A DNA stretch of 64,000 nt from Candidatus Levyibacteriota bacterium (GTDB lineage: Bacteria; Patescibacteriota; Microgenomatia; Levybacterales; UBA12049). Every line of letters starts with the position of its first letter. Positions within the stretch are counted from its first letter, which is position 1. Below are positions 21,934 through 31,709 of this stretch, one piece after another. The notes under the pieces were generated by a model, which saw only the letters and a list, made by a program, of their open reading frames with translations, was not told the origin of the DNA and did no database searches. Where the stretch lies: the NCBI GenBank assembly GCA_030651475.1, contig JAUSEW010000027.1:173614-237613 (forward strand), written 5' to 3'. Position numbers and translations under genes: made by a program.

Positions 21934-23706
21934 TCACCCCGCTTTCAGCCATTCTGCAAATTCAGAATAGCTTAACGTATTTATTATATCATTTTTCGTT
22001 GCCCAACCCCGTCTTGCCATCGCAACTCCGTATTTCATAAGTATCATTTGTGAAGATGCGTGACTATCGGTGTTGATTGCAAGTTTTACTTTATTTTCTA
22101 TAGCTTGTCTAGCTATAGTGTCTGTTAAATCTAGTCTGTTTGGCCAGGCATTAATTTCCAAAGCTTTGTTATGCTTTCTGCAAAACTCAAATATCTTCTG
22201 GAAATCTAGATCGTATCCTTGGCGAGTACCTATCATTCTGCCTGTGGGGTGAGCTAGTATTTTGGCCTTGGGGTGGGATAGTCCTTCAAGTACCCTTTTA
22301 GTCATATCTTCTTTATTCATGTTGAAAGAACTATGTATAGATACGATGGCTCCATCCAAGAGATCTAAACACTTGTCATTAATCGCCAGGCCTCCATTGA
22401 CAAGAATGTCAATTTCGAGTAATTTTAGTATGCGTACATTTTTCATCTCCGATTTAATTTGTTCAATATAGTCATCTCTCCTCTTAATTAAAGTATGAAT
22501 ATCATTTTGACTATGCTTCGAAACACTGGGGTTATGTTCGGAAAGCCCTATATATTCGTAGCCTAGTTTTACCGCAGTTTCAGCCATGTCTTCGATTGAA
22601 TTATGGCCTAAGTCATGGCTTGGCTCAATTGAGAAATTAGAATGCGTGTGTAAATCTCCTTTCATATTTTTTAGTTCTACTAATTGAGGGAGTTTGTGTT
22701 GTGCGGCTAGCTCAATTTCTCCTGTGTTTTCCCTGATCTCCGGCGGAATCCAATCTAGTCCTAGTGCATTGTAGAATTTTTCTTCATTGTCATATTTCGA
22801 AAGAGGTTGATTTTTTTTAGTCAAACTTCTTATGCCATACTCGGATAAAGAAAGACCTTTCCTTAACGCATATTCCCTAAGGTGAACATTATGATTCTTA
22901 CTTCCTGTAAAATGTTGCAGAAGAGATCCGAAGCTTTCAGGCGGCTGCGTCATTAGATCGACCTGAACGTCACCTGAAATAAGTATGGATGCTGTTGCTA
23001 TACCTTTTTCCACAAGCCTTTCTTTATGGGGGTAAGAAGTAAAGTGCTCAATTGTCTCTTTTGGATGATTAGTTGCAACCGCAATGTCGATATCTCCTAC
23101 AGTGGCAGTCATACGCCTAATGCTTCCTAGCACTATAGCTTCTTTGACGTACTTAAGCCCTTTAAGATATGACACTATTTTTTCTGAAACTTCATATGCG
23201 TAGGGTAAGACCATTCTTGTAGTTTTACCTTCCCCTTGTTTGTACTCGGAGAGAGCTCGTATAATGTCTTCCTGAGATTTTTCTCCGAAACCTTCAAGTT
23301 TGGCTATCTTTCCCGCCCGAGCAATCTCAACTAGATCATTTATTACGGTATCGGGATTATTAAGCTTGAATTCTTTTATCAGCTTGTATGCTTTTTTAGG
23401 CCCGAAACTTGGAATATCAATCAATACGAAAACAGAGGCTGGAATTCCTTTAAGAACCCATTCAAAATGTTTTACTTTTCCAGATTTGAAAAGCTCGATA
23501 AGGTGAGATGTTATGGTTTTCCCAATGCCGGGTACCAACTCAAGCTTATTTTCTTTATAAAAATCCTGTAATTCGGAAGTTAGATTAGAAACTGCGTCTG
23601 AAGCTTTTTGGTAAGCGAGAATTTGAAATCGGAACTTTTCTTCGTTTTTGATAACATAAGCAGCTGCAACGTCCTTAAACAGCTTTGCTATTTCCCGATT
23701 GCTCAT
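21934..23706 (-). CDS. polX: DNA polymerase X / PHP 3'-5' exonuclease
   Basis: GSIRR..VGDID, VDL, HFTGSK.HN, PPEIREN; PHP motifs HTHS, AHPTGR, DSH. Confidence 0.93.
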   Translation of the reverse strand: MSNREIAKLFKDVAAAYVIKNEEKFRFQILAYQKASDAVSNLTSELQDFYKENKLELVPGIGKTITSHLIELFKSGKVKHFEWVLKGIPASVFVLIDIPSFGPKKAYKLIKEFKLNNPDTVINDLVEIARAGKIAKLEGFGEKSQEDIIRALSEYKQGEGKTTRMVLPYAYEVSEKIVSYLKGLKYVKEAIVLGSIRRMTATVGDIDIAVATNHPKETIEHFTSYPHKERLVEKGIATASILISGDVQVDLMTQPPESFGSLLQHFTGSKNHNVHLREYALRKGLSLSEYGIRSLTKKNQPLSKYDNEEKFYNALGLDWIPPEIRENTGEIELAAQHKLPQLVELKNMKGDLHTHSNFSIEPSHDLGHNSIEDMAETAVKLGYEYIGLSEHNPSVSKHSQNDIHTLIKRRDDYIEQIKSEMKNVRILKLLEIDILVNGGLAINDKCLDLLDGAIVSIHSSFNMNKEDMTKRVLEGLSHPKAKILAHPTGRMIGTRQGYDLDFQKIFEFCRKHNKALEINAWPNRLDLTDTIARQAIENKVKLAINTDSHASSQMILMKYGVAMARRGWATKNDIINTLSYSEFAEWLKAG

Positions 23707-23751
23707 CAGTACAATAATACCAAACGGTTGATACTTCAACAAGATTCAGTA

Positions 23752-23779
23752 TCAACCCTGAGCTTGTCGAATGGGTTGA
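23752..23779. repeat. Intergenic REP-like element TCAACCCTGAGCTTGTCGAATGGGTTGA
   Basis: 7-bp terminal stem; core differs by one base from the reverse complement of the guaB insertion. Confidence 0.85.
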
Positions 23780-23804
23780 CGGTAGTTCAATAATTTGTTA
23801 GGAT
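23776..23804 (+). promoter_or_regulatory. Sigma70-type promoter for tRNA-Asp (TTGACG-17-TAGGAT, TG-extended)
   Basis: Near-consensus hexamers with 17-nt spacing; the -35 overlaps the repeat end. Confidence 0.6.
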
Positions 23805-23823
23805 ATGGAAGCTAACACAATAT

Positions 23824-23897
23824 GGGGTGGTAGCTCAGTTGGCTAGAGCGTCTCCCTGTCACGGAGAAGGTCGCGGGTCCGAGTCCCGTCCATCCCG
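23824..23897 (+). tRNA. tRNA-Asp(GTC)
   Basis: Cloverleaf; anticodon arm TCTCC-CTGTCAC-GGAGA; no encoded CCA. Confidence 0.93.
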
Positions 23898-23941
23898 CAT
23901 TTTACCTGCCTATCATTAATTTCTGCTCAGAAAGGAGAAAA

Positions 23942-24505
23942 GTGCCAAAAAGGAAAAAGTTTACATCAAATTCTAAACACACGGGTCTTTTCTTGGGGAT
24001 AATTGTAGTAGTTGTACTAGTTGTTCTTGGAATAATATTTATAAAAGGCAAAGGGAACATAATGCAAACAAGCTCGATTTCTACTCAAGATTTATCGCAA
24101 GCAGAACAAAATACGGAAAATACGCAACCATCGTTTTATATTGTTAAACAGGGCGACAGTCTTTGGAGCATTTCCGAAAACATATATAAATCAGGATATA
24201 ATTGGGTCGATATTGCAAAGGCAAACAAATTGGAAAACCCGGGATTGATATACGTAGGAACAAGATTGGAAATTCCAAAATTGCAAGCAAAAACGTCTGA
24301 AGCGAACGCAGAAAAATCTTTTGAGCAACCTGCAAACAGTTCCATTACGGGCAATACATATGCTGTTGTAAAAGGCGACAATTTGTGGGAAATTGCAGTT
24401 AGAGCGTATGGAGATGGATTCAGATGGGTTGATATTGCAAAAGCAAATAATCTTGTTAATCCAAACCTTATCCATTCAGGAAACATTTTCAAAATCCCGC
24501 GGTAA
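23942..24505 (+). CDS. Membrane-anchored double-LysM peptidoglycan-binding protein
   Basis: N-terminal TM plus two LysM repeats (YIVKQGDSLWSIS...IAKANKL.NP; YAVVKGDNLWEIA...). Confidence 0.92.
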   Translation: MPKRKKFTSNSKHTGLFLGIIVVVVLVVLGIIFIKGKGNIMQTSSISTQDLSQAEQNTENTQPSFYIVKQGDSLWSISENIYKSGYNWVDIAKANKLENPGLIYVGTRLEIPKLQAKTSEANAEKSFEQPANSSITGNTYAVVKGDNLWEIAVRAYGDGFRWVDIAKANNLVNPNLIHSGNIFKIPR

Positions 24506-24557
24506 AACTAGCGTTTAGTTTTTTGATATACTCGATGTGTAAGTTTGCGCTTGCGCT

Positions 24558-24584
24558 CTTGCCCTGAGAGTTTAGTCGAAGGGG
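24558..24584. repeat. Intergenic REP-like copy CTTGCCCTGAGAGTTTAGTCGAAGGGG within a larger hairpin
   Basis: Same CCCTGAG..TCGAA.GGG core; enclosed by the imperfect inverted pair AAGTTTGCGCTT / AAGCGTAAGCTT; just upstream of tRNA-Gly. Confidence 0.75.
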
Positions 24585-24602
24585 AAAAGCGTAAGCTTTG
24601 AA

Positions 24603-24673
24603 GCGGGATTAGTACACTGGCAGTATGCTACCTTCCCAAGGTAGAGAAGCGAGTTCGATTCTCGTATCCCGCT
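24603..24673 (+). tRNA. tRNA-Gly(CCC)
   Basis: GCGGGAT/ATCCCGC acceptor stem; anticodon arm CTACC-TTCCCAA-GGTAG. Confidence 0.92.
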
Positions 24674-24761
24674 CAAGATTACCTAATAGGATTTTAATAA
24701 AAAATACCTCTTTAAATAAATATCAAAACCTGATACATTGTTATTTAGAATTTATTTTTAT

Positions 24762-25526
24762 ATGGCTGGCAATAGCAAAAAGCCAAAGGTTTCAATTGTA
24801 ATTCCTGCGCGCAATGAAGAAAAACATATTACAGAGTGTATATCTTCGGTAAAAAGGCAGACAACAAGTTTCCCATACGAAATTTTAGTTATTGATAACG
24901 CCTCAATAGACTCAACAGCGAAAATAGCAGAAAGTCTAGGAACTAAAGTTGTTTTCGAAAAACGCAAGGGGTTAAGTTTCGCAAGGCAAAAAGGATTGGA
25001 CTGCGCAAAAGGAGAATTTATAGTATATATAGATGCCGACACAAGGTTACCAGAGGATTGGATTAGCTATATGATTGGATATCTTGAAGAGCATCCGCGT
25101 CTTGTCGGCGCATCATGCAGTTTTCATTTCTATGACGGAAAGCCTATGGATGGAGTTGGAGTTTTCTTTTTCAAACAGATAGTAATCCCTATTGCCAGTT
25201 TACTCGTAAGGACTTTTAAACGGACAGACATTATTTTCGGCTGGGCATTTGTCGTAAGAGCCAACGCTCTAAGAAAAGCAGGGGGAATAAATAAAAAATT
25301 CATTTTTTACGGTGAGGATACGGGAATAGCGTACAGACTTCGCAGTCAGGGTAGGGTTAAGTTCCTTAAAAATAAGTACGCCCTAATTAGCGCCAGAAGG
25401 TATCAGCAAAAGGGAATAAAGAAATTTAGTATAATTTTTGACTGGACAATTTTCGTTTTAATGCTTTTGGGAATGCATAAAGAAGCAGAGCAAATATCAA
25501 AAGCATACTTATTTAGTAAAAAATAA
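24762..25526 (+). CDS. Glycosyltransferase family 2
   Basis: VSIVIPARNEE, DNASID, DAD, GED, SARR. Confidence 0.92.
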   Translation: MAGNSKKPKVSIVIPARNEEKHITECISSVKRQTTSFPYEILVIDNASIDSTAKIAESLGTKVVFEKRKGLSFARQKGLDCAKGEFIVYIDADTRLPEDWISYMIGYLEEHPRLVGASCSFHFYDGKPMDGVGVFFFKQIVIPIASLLVRTFKRTDIIFGWAFVVRANALRKAGGINKKFIFYGEDTGIAYRLRSQGRVKFLKNKYALISARRYQQKGIKKFSIIFDWTIFVLMLLGMHKEAEQISKAYLFSKK

Positions 25527-25569
25527 AATTTGTCCTTGACGGGAAAAAATTATTCTGATAATATAAATC

Positions 25570-27225
25570 GTGCACACTAAGTATATTTTTGTTTCCGGAG
25601 GCGTAATTTCCGGCATAGGAAAAGGCACTACGGCGTCTTCCATCTCTCTTCTTCTCAAATCCGCAGGATATAGGGTCGCACCGATTAAATTCGAAAATTA
25701 TCTGAATGTTGACGCAGGAACGATAAACCCCATTGAACACGGGGATCCTTTTCTCTGCGAAGACGGAACAGAAGCAGATATGGACATAGGAAGTTATGAA
25801 AAATTCTTTGACGAAGATATGGGGAGAAATAATTTCGTCACAATGGGACAGATTTATAAAACAGTAATCGATAAAGAAAGAAAATTTGAATATAACGGCG
25901 AAGATGTGGAAGCGATTCCTCACATAACAGATGAAATTACGAGAAGAATAAACCTAGTTGCTGAAAAAAGTAAAGCGGATATCGTCGTAATAGAATTAGG
26001 AGGAACAGCAGGTGAATATCAAAACATTTTCTATTATGAAGCCTCAAGAATAATGACTTTAAGAAATCCGCAGGATGTAATCCATATTCATGTGAGTTAT
26101 GTTCCAACTCCTTCGCATATCGGAGAACCGAAAACCAAACCAACCCAGCTTTCAGTAAGAACGTTAAACTCAATGGGCATTCAGCCGGATTTTATCATCG
26201 CCCGTTCTGAAAAATACCTTGATCAGAGAAGAAAAGACAGGTTTGCGCTGTTTTGCAATATGCAGCCGGAAGATATTATTTCCAACCCTGATCTTCCTTC
26301 TGTTTACGAAGTGCCAATCGTTCTTCATAAACAGGAGCTTGATAAAAAAATTCTGCAAAAACTTCATTTATCCGTAAGGCAACCAAATCTTAAAAATTGG
26401 GAAGGATTCCTAAAAACAATTACGGCTAAAAAAGCAAAACAGATAGAAATTGCCATTATAGGCAAATATTTCGGCACAGGTGATTATCAGTTAAGAGATT
26501 CATATGCCGCTCTGTTTGATGCCATAGATCACGCAGGATGGAAACTTGGTTTTTCTGTAAAAACCAGATGGGTAGACGCTCAAAAAGTAGAAAAAGAAGG
26601 CGCTATGTCGCAGATAGGTAAACCTAACGGAATTATCGTGCCAATTGGCTGGGGCGAAAGGGGTGCGGAGGGAATGATCAAAGCCGTTTCATACGCAAGA
26701 ACAAATAAAATTCCTTACCTTGGACTTTGTTATGGCATGCAGCTTGCTGCTATATCTTTCGCTCGGGATATGCTGAATTTCAAAGATGCTAACACAACTG
26801 AAAATAATCCTAAAACAGCACATCCTGTAATTCATCTGATGCCGGCTCAAGAAAAGTTTATGAAAAATAGAGCGTATGGGGGTACGATGAGGCTTGGGAC
26901 ATGGGATGCAATTGTTAAAAAAGGAACACTTGCGTTTGATCTTTACAGCAAGTACGGCGGCCCAATAAATAAAAACACCGGGCTAACAAGCGAAAGACAT
27001 CGGCATAGATATGAATTTAATGATAAATACGCAAAGCAATTTGAACAGCAAGGTTTAATAATCAGCGCCAGATCCGTAAAGGAAAATTTGGCAGAAATAA
27101 TAGAATTGCCAAAAAACCTGCATCCGTTTTTTCTCGGAACACAGGGACATCCGGAATACAAAAGCAGACCATTAAAACCACACCCGATATTTTTAGGCTT
27201 CATAAATGCCTGCGGATTAAAATAA
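25570..27225 (+). CDS. pyrG: CTP synthase
   Basis: GGVISGIGKG, KTKPTQ.SV, GLCYGMQ, ERHRHRYE, HPEYKSRP. Confidence 0.98.
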   Translation: MHTKYIFVSGGVISGIGKGTTASSISLLLKSAGYRVAPIKFENYLNVDAGTINPIEHGDPFLCEDGTEADMDIGSYEKFFDEDMGRNNFVTMGQIYKTVIDKERKFEYNGEDVEAIPHITDEITRRINLVAEKSKADIVVIELGGTAGEYQNIFYYEASRIMTLRNPQDVIHIHVSYVPTPSHIGEPKTKPTQLSVRTLNSMGIQPDFIIARSEKYLDQRRKDRFALFCNMQPEDIISNPDLPSVYEVPIVLHKQELDKKILQKLHLSVRQPNLKNWEGFLKTITAKKAKQIEIAIIGKYFGTGDYQLRDSYAALFDAIDHAGWKLGFSVKTRWVDAQKVEKEGAMSQIGKPNGIIVPIGWGERGAEGMIKAVSYARTNKIPYLGLCYGMQLAAISFARDMLNFKDANTTENNPKTAHPVIHLMPAQEKFMKNRAYGGTMRLGTWDAIVKKGTLAFDLYSKYGGPINKNTGLTSERHRHRYEFNDKYAKQFEQQGLIISARSVKENLAEIIELPKNLHPFFLGTQGHPEYKSRPLKPHPIFLGFINACGLK

Positions 27226-27238
27226 AGCAACTCGGGTG

Positions 27239-27267
27239 TTGAGAAAAATCCATTCTTATCGTATAAT
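27239..27267 (+). promoter_or_regulatory. Promoter TTGAGA-17-TATAAT, 6 nt before the rplS ATG (leaderless type)
   Basis: Consensus match with no room for a Shine-Dalgarno. Confidence 0.65.
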
Positions 27268-27273
27268 ACCAAT

Positions 27274-27558
27274 ATGATTGCGAAAATTAATTTTGTACCG
27301 GGAGATATAATCAGAGTATACGAAAAAATAAAAGAGGGAGAAAAATCCCGTATTCAAGTTTTTGAAGGTACGGTTTTGGGAATTAAGGGAAGGGCGGAAA
27401 ATAAAACTTTTATGATTAGAAAAGTAGTTGGTGATGTTGCAGTTGAAAAAATATGGCCAATTATGTCTCCAAATATAGAAAAAGTAGTAGTGAAAGAGCA
27501 CTCAAGAAAAAGAGTCCGCAGGGCTAAATTATATTATTTAAGAAATAAAATACAGTAA
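27274..27558 (+). CDS. rplS: 50S ribosomal protein L19
   Basis: F.PGD..RV..KIKEGEKSRIQVFEG, VRRAKLYYLR. Confidence 0.97.
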   Translation: MIAKINFVPGDIIRVYEKIKEGEKSRIQVFEGTVLGIKGRAENKTFMIRKVVGDVAVEKIWPIMSPNIEKVVVKEHSRKRVRRAKLYYLRNKIQ

Positions 27559-27566
27559 ACAGCTTA

Positions 27567-27932
27567 GTGAAGATTAATCAAACTACAGGAAAGAAAGGTG
27601 AAGACCTCGCAGAAAATTTTCTAAAAAAGAACGGTTTTAAGGTTATAGAAAGAAATTTTAACGGAAGGTACGGAGAACTAGATATAATTGCCCTGGACGA
27701 AGATGTTCTCGTTTTCGTAGAAGTTAAAACAAGAACCTCAAGCCAATTCGGTAATCCTCTGGAAGCGATAACTTCTTGGAAATTAAGAACATTAATTAAA
27801 ACCGCGCAATTTTATAAATTAACCCACCAAAACCTTCCTGATAGTTTGAGGATAGATGCTGTTGGCGTAGAGCTTTTCCCAAGCGGAGAATTAAAAAATA
27901 TCGAACTTGTGAAAAACATCAGCGGTTTTTAG
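27567..27932 (+). CDS. yraN: YraN family (UPF0102) endonuclease-like protein
   Basis: G..GEDLA..FL, GELDIIA, LVFVEVKTR, RIDAV. Confidence 0.92.
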   Translation: MKINQTTGKKGEDLAENFLKKNGFKVIERNFNGRYGELDIIALDEDVLVFVEVKTRTSSQFGNPLEAITSWKLRTLIKTAQFYKLTHQNLPDSLRIDAVGVELFPSGELKNIELVKNISGF

Positions 27933-27942
27933 GAAATTGTTA

Positions 27943-28206
27943 TTAAGATTGAGGTGGAGTAGGAGGTTTATCTTTCCGATCGGAGGTCATAGCACTTATT
28001 ACTAGATTTCTACCGCCCAGTAAGCCTAAGACGACACCTGCGATAGAGATCAATACGTTTTTAACAGACGCATCATCATGAGAAAGCTTAACTATCCCAT
28101 CTATAAAAAGGGCAATCCCGATCCCAGTGGATAAAAGATTTGGTATGCTTTTTTTGACAAGCTGTATGGATTCTTTCATATGTCTTACTGCTGTTTCTTT
28201 ATTCAT
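27943..28206 (-). CDS. Small hypothetical two-TM membrane protein
   Basis: Two hydrophobic helices; TTGCAT-17-TATAAT promoter upstream. Confidence 0.65.
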   Translation of the reverse strand: MNKETAVRHMKESIQLVKKSIPNLLSTGIGIALFIDGIVKLSHDDASVKNVLISIAGVVLGLLGGRNLVISAMTSDRKDKPPTPPQS

Positions 28207-28246
28207 AGAAAAAGATTATATTGTAAGCTAGACTAAAATGCAATAA

Positions 28247-30250
28247 TTAGCGGTTTTTAATTAAGAGTATGTGATCTCTTAAGAGAGCGGCTTTTTCGAA
28301 GTTTAGATTTTGAGTGGCGATTTTCATTTCCTTCCTCAATTTTTTAATCAAACTTTCTTTTTCATCGGGAAGCAATACTTCTTTTTGGGAAAGATTAGTT
28401 AGGAAATCCAAACTATCTTTATATTTTTTATTTTCCGTAATCTCTTCATCGATTAATTTTGCCCTTATTCCTTTAAGAATTCCTACTGGTTTTTTATGGT
28501 ATTTTTTGTTGTAAGCAAGTTGAACTTTCCTTCTTCTTTCCACTTCATCAATCGCATTTTTCATTGATTTGGTAACAACATCGGCATACATAATAACTTG
28601 AGAATCAATATGTCTTGCCGCCCGTCCCATTGTTTGAATAAGTGAAGTCCGGCTTCGCAAAAAACCTTCTTTATCTGCATCCAAAATCGCAACCAGAGAA
28701 ACTTCAGGCAAATCCAAACCTTCACGAAGTAAATTAATTCCAACCAGCACATCATATTCCCCTTTCCTTAATCTATCCAGAATATCTTGTCTTTCCAGAG
28801 TTTGGATGTCAGAGTGGAGATAGGCAACCTTAATATTTTGTTCTTCCAAATACGAAGATAATTCCTCTGCCATTCTTTTGGTTAAGGTAGTTACCAAAAT
28901 TCTTTGTTTTTTGGAAACCCTTTGGTTAATTTCGCCAATCAAATCAATAATCTGACCTTTCGTTGGCTTAACTGTTACTTTTGGATCAACAAGATTAGTC
29001 GGACGGATCAACTGTTCGACGATCGCATCTTTTTCATTTGCCAGGGATAATTCGTATTCATCCGGAGTAGCACTAACATAAACTATTTGATTAAGTCTTT
29101 GCATTAATTCTGCAAATTTAAGCGGCCGATTATCCAGAGCCGAAGGAAGACGAAATCCATAATCTATCAATGTCTGTTTTCTTGATTGATCGCCGTTATA
29201 CATTCCTCTTAATTGGGGTAAAGCTATATGAGATTCATCAACGATAGTAAGAAAATCTTTTGCCGCATGATTAAAATAATCCAAAAGAGTATAAGGCGGC
29301 TGGCCTGGCGCTCTCCCATCAAAATATCTTGAATAATTTTCTATTCCGTTTACGTAACCAACTTCTCTAATCATTTCCAGATCGAAATTCGTCCTCTGTT
29401 TTAGTCTCTGGGCTTCCAAAGTTTTGCCGGACTGCTTCAGCAATTCAACTTGTTTTTCCATATCGCTTCTAATCATTGGAAAAACACTGTTGTAGGTTTG
29501 AGGATCAGTCATGTAATGTTTAGCAGGATATATCACAGTACCTTTCAGAATAGCGATGGTGTCTCCGGTTAAAGGACTAAATTCCGAAAGCTTGATGATT
29601 TTGTCGTTTTTGAGTTCGATTCTTATGCCTGTATCTTTATAAGCAGGAAAAAGATCTATTGTTTCGCCTCTTATCCTAAAACTCCCTCTCTCAAAAGCAT
29701 ATTCGTTACGATCGTACTGTAAATCAGTAAGGCGCAGCATAATTGATTTCATGCCAACATTGACTCCGGGCTTTAATTCAAGAACAAATTTTCCATACTC
29801 AACAGGGGAGCCTAAATTGTAGATACAAGAAACGGATGCGACTACAATAACATCTTTTCTGGTTAGAAGATTAGTTGTCGCAGAAAGTCTTAATTTATCA
29901 ATCTCTTCATTTATTTCCGCCTCTTTCTCTATATAGGTATCGCTTTGAGGAATATAGGCTTCCGGCTGATAATAGTCATAATATGAAACAAAATAAGATA
30001 CGGCATTCTTGGGAAAAAAGTCTCGAAACTCCTGATAAAGTTGCGCAGCCAGAGTTTTATTGTGCGAGATAACAAGCGTTGGCTTTTGGATTTTTTGAAT
30101 AACATTGGCCATCGTAAAGGTTTTTCCGCTGCCTGTAACTCCAAGAAGCACATTATTTCTGATATTTTTGCCAATATTATTAACAAGTTTTTTTATTGCT
30201 TGGGGTTGATCTCCGGTTGGTTTAAAATCCGAAACGAGTTTAAATTGCAT
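28247..30250 (-). CDS. uvrB: Excinuclease ABC subunit B
   Basis: GVTGSGKT, YYDYYQPEAY, DESH, LLREGLD, GRAAR and a C-terminal UVR domain. Confidence 0.98.
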   Translation of the reverse strand: MQFKLVSDFKPTGDQPQAIKKLVNNIGKNIRNNVLLGVTGSGKTFTMANVIQKIQKPTLVISHNKTLAAQLYQEFRDFFPKNAVSYFVSYYDYYQPEAYIPQSDTYIEKEAEINEEIDKLRLSATTNLLTRKDVIVVASVSCIYNLGSPVEYGKFVLELKPGVNVGMKSIMLRLTDLQYDRNEYAFERGSFRIRGETIDLFPAYKDTGIRIELKNDKIIKLSEFSPLTGDTIAILKGTVIYPAKHYMTDPQTYNSVFPMIRSDMEKQVELLKQSGKTLEAQRLKQRTNFDLEMIREVGYVNGIENYSRYFDGRAPGQPPYTLLDYFNHAAKDFLTIVDESHIALPQLRGMYNGDQSRKQTLIDYGFRLPSALDNRPLKFAELMQRLNQIVYVSATPDEYELSLANEKDAIVEQLIRPTNLVDPKVTVKPTKGQIIDLIGEINQRVSKKQRILVTTLTKRMAEELSSYLEEQNIKVAYLHSDIQTLERQDILDRLRKGEYDVLVGINLLREGLDLPEVSLVAILDADKEGFLRSRTSLIQTMGRAARHIDSQVIMYADVVTKSMKNAIDEVERRRKVQLAYNKKYHKKPVGILKGIRAKLIDEEITENKKYKDSLDFLTNLSQKEVLLPDEKESLIKKLRKEMKIATQNLNFEKAALLRDHILLIKNR

Positions 30251-30290
30251 AGTGACCTATTTTATCATACGTTTGCATATCTTTGTCATA

Positions 30291-30320
30291 TTGACAAAAT
30301 ACTCGAATTTTTCGTATAAA
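30291..30320 (+). promoter_or_regulatory. lexA promoter TTGACA-18-TATAAA with palindrome CGAA-TTT-TTCG in the spacer
   Basis: Consensus -35; palindrome at 30304-30314; ATG 6 nt after the -10. Confidence 0.6.
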
Positions 30321-30326
30321 ATATAC

Positions 30327-30956
30327 ATGCCTGGAGTTATTTATAAAAAAGAAAGGGAAGTTATAGAATTTTTAGCCCAATTTCAAAGGCAATACGGCTA
30401 TTCTCCAACTTTGGCTGAAATTGCAACTGCAACTGGTCACAAAAGCAACTCAACAGTGCATGCGCTTATAAGATCCCTTGTTGAGAAAGGGTATATCCAA
30501 AAAGTTGACGGCAACACAAGAGTGCTGAAAATAATAGATGAAAAGATTACGTTCAGCATGCTTGGAAGTTCAGCATCCATAGAGCTACCTTTGATGGGAT
30601 ATATAGCTGCAGGCAGGCCTCTGGAACCGCATAGCGACCCGAATGCTTCGTTTCATGTCTCTGCCTCCTTGCTGTCGGGTAAAAGAACAGCATACGTACT
30701 GCAAGTGAAGGGAAACTCAATGATAGAAGATGGAATTTTCGAGGGAGATTATGTGGTTATCGAGAAAGCAAATCAAGCTTCCAACGGAGACATTGTGGTT
30801 GCGCTTGTAGATAATAATCTCGCTACTCTTAAAAAGTTTTATAACGAGAACGGCAGGATTATTTTAAAACCGGCAAACGCGCAAATGGAGCCCATTTACC
30901 CAAATTTCTTGAGCATTCAAGGAAAAGTAGTCGGATTAGTGAGGAAATTTCAGTAA
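30327..30956 (+). CDS. lexA: SOS repressor LexA
   Basis: wHTH (GYSPTLAEIA), cleavage site IAAG, catalytic GNSM and TLKK; divergent from uvrB. Confidence 0.95.
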   Translation: MPGVIYKKEREVIEFLAQFQRQYGYSPTLAEIATATGHKSNSTVHALIRSLVEKGYIQKVDGNTRVLKIIDEKITFSMLGSSASIELPLMGYIAAGRPLEPHSDPNASFHVSASLLSGKRTAYVLQVKGNSMIEDGIFEGDYVVIEKANQASNGDIVVALVDNNLATLKKFYNENGRIILKPANAQMEPIYPNFLSIQGKVVGLVRKFQ

Positions 30957-30963
30957 TCTTTTT

Positions 30964-31668
30964 TTAGTCGTTTAAGCCCTCTTTTTTAAATGTCTGTTGA
31001 ATCTCTTTATATGAAGTTTTTTCCTCTATTTTTTTCATATGTCCGGAGGCGTATTTATGCTTTACAAATTCAATAAGTATAGGAAGAAGAGAAATGAAGA
31101 CAATTCCTACTACTGCGTATTCAAAATTTTCTCTTACAAAGGGTATTTGTCCGAAAAAATATCCGGCAAATGTTAAACTTGTCACCCAAATAAATCCTCC
31201 AACAACGTTATATGACAGAAATGTTCCGTAATGCATCTTGCCTACACCGGCTACGAAAGGCGCGAATGTACGCACAATAGGAACAAAACGGGCAAGTATA
31301 ATTGTTTTTCCGCCATACTTCTTATAGAATTCATTTGTCTTCTCAAGATAAGACTTGTTAAATATTCGTGAATTCCCCTTGGTAAAAACGCGTGCGCCTA
31401 AATGATGACCAACCCAATAATTAACAGTATCGCCTAAAATAGCAGCGATTAATAATATAAAATATATGATTAAAATATTCAAATAGTTGCCTCCCGCAAG
31501 AGTTCCTGCGGCAAAAAGAAGAGAATCTCCGGGCAAAAAAGGCGTGACAACAAAACCTGTTTCCGCAAATATAATCAAAAATAAAATAATATAAGTAAAA
31601 GGACCAAATAGATTAATTATGGTTGCCAAAGACTCATCAACATGAAGAATGGAATTAATAATTTCCAT
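30964..31668 (-). CDS. dedA: DedA family membrane protein
   Basis: FAETG...FLPGDSLLF.AG, LGD.VNY, ARFVPIVRTFAPFVAG. Confidence 0.95.
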   Translation of the reverse strand: MEIINSILHVDESLATIINLFGPFTYIILFLIIFAETGFVVTPFLPGDSLLFAAGTLAGGNYLNILIIYFILLIAAILGDTVNYWVGHHLGARVFTKGNSRIFNKSYLEKTNEFYKKYGGKTIILARFVPIVRTFAPFVAGVGKMHYGTFLSYNVVGGFIWVTSLTFAGYFFGQIPFVRENFEYAVVGIVFISLLPILIEFVKHKYASGHMKKIEEKTSYKEIQQTFKKEGLND

Positions 31669-31709
31669 TAAAAAATTATAACATAAATACATAGGTTTGG
31701 TATAATAGC

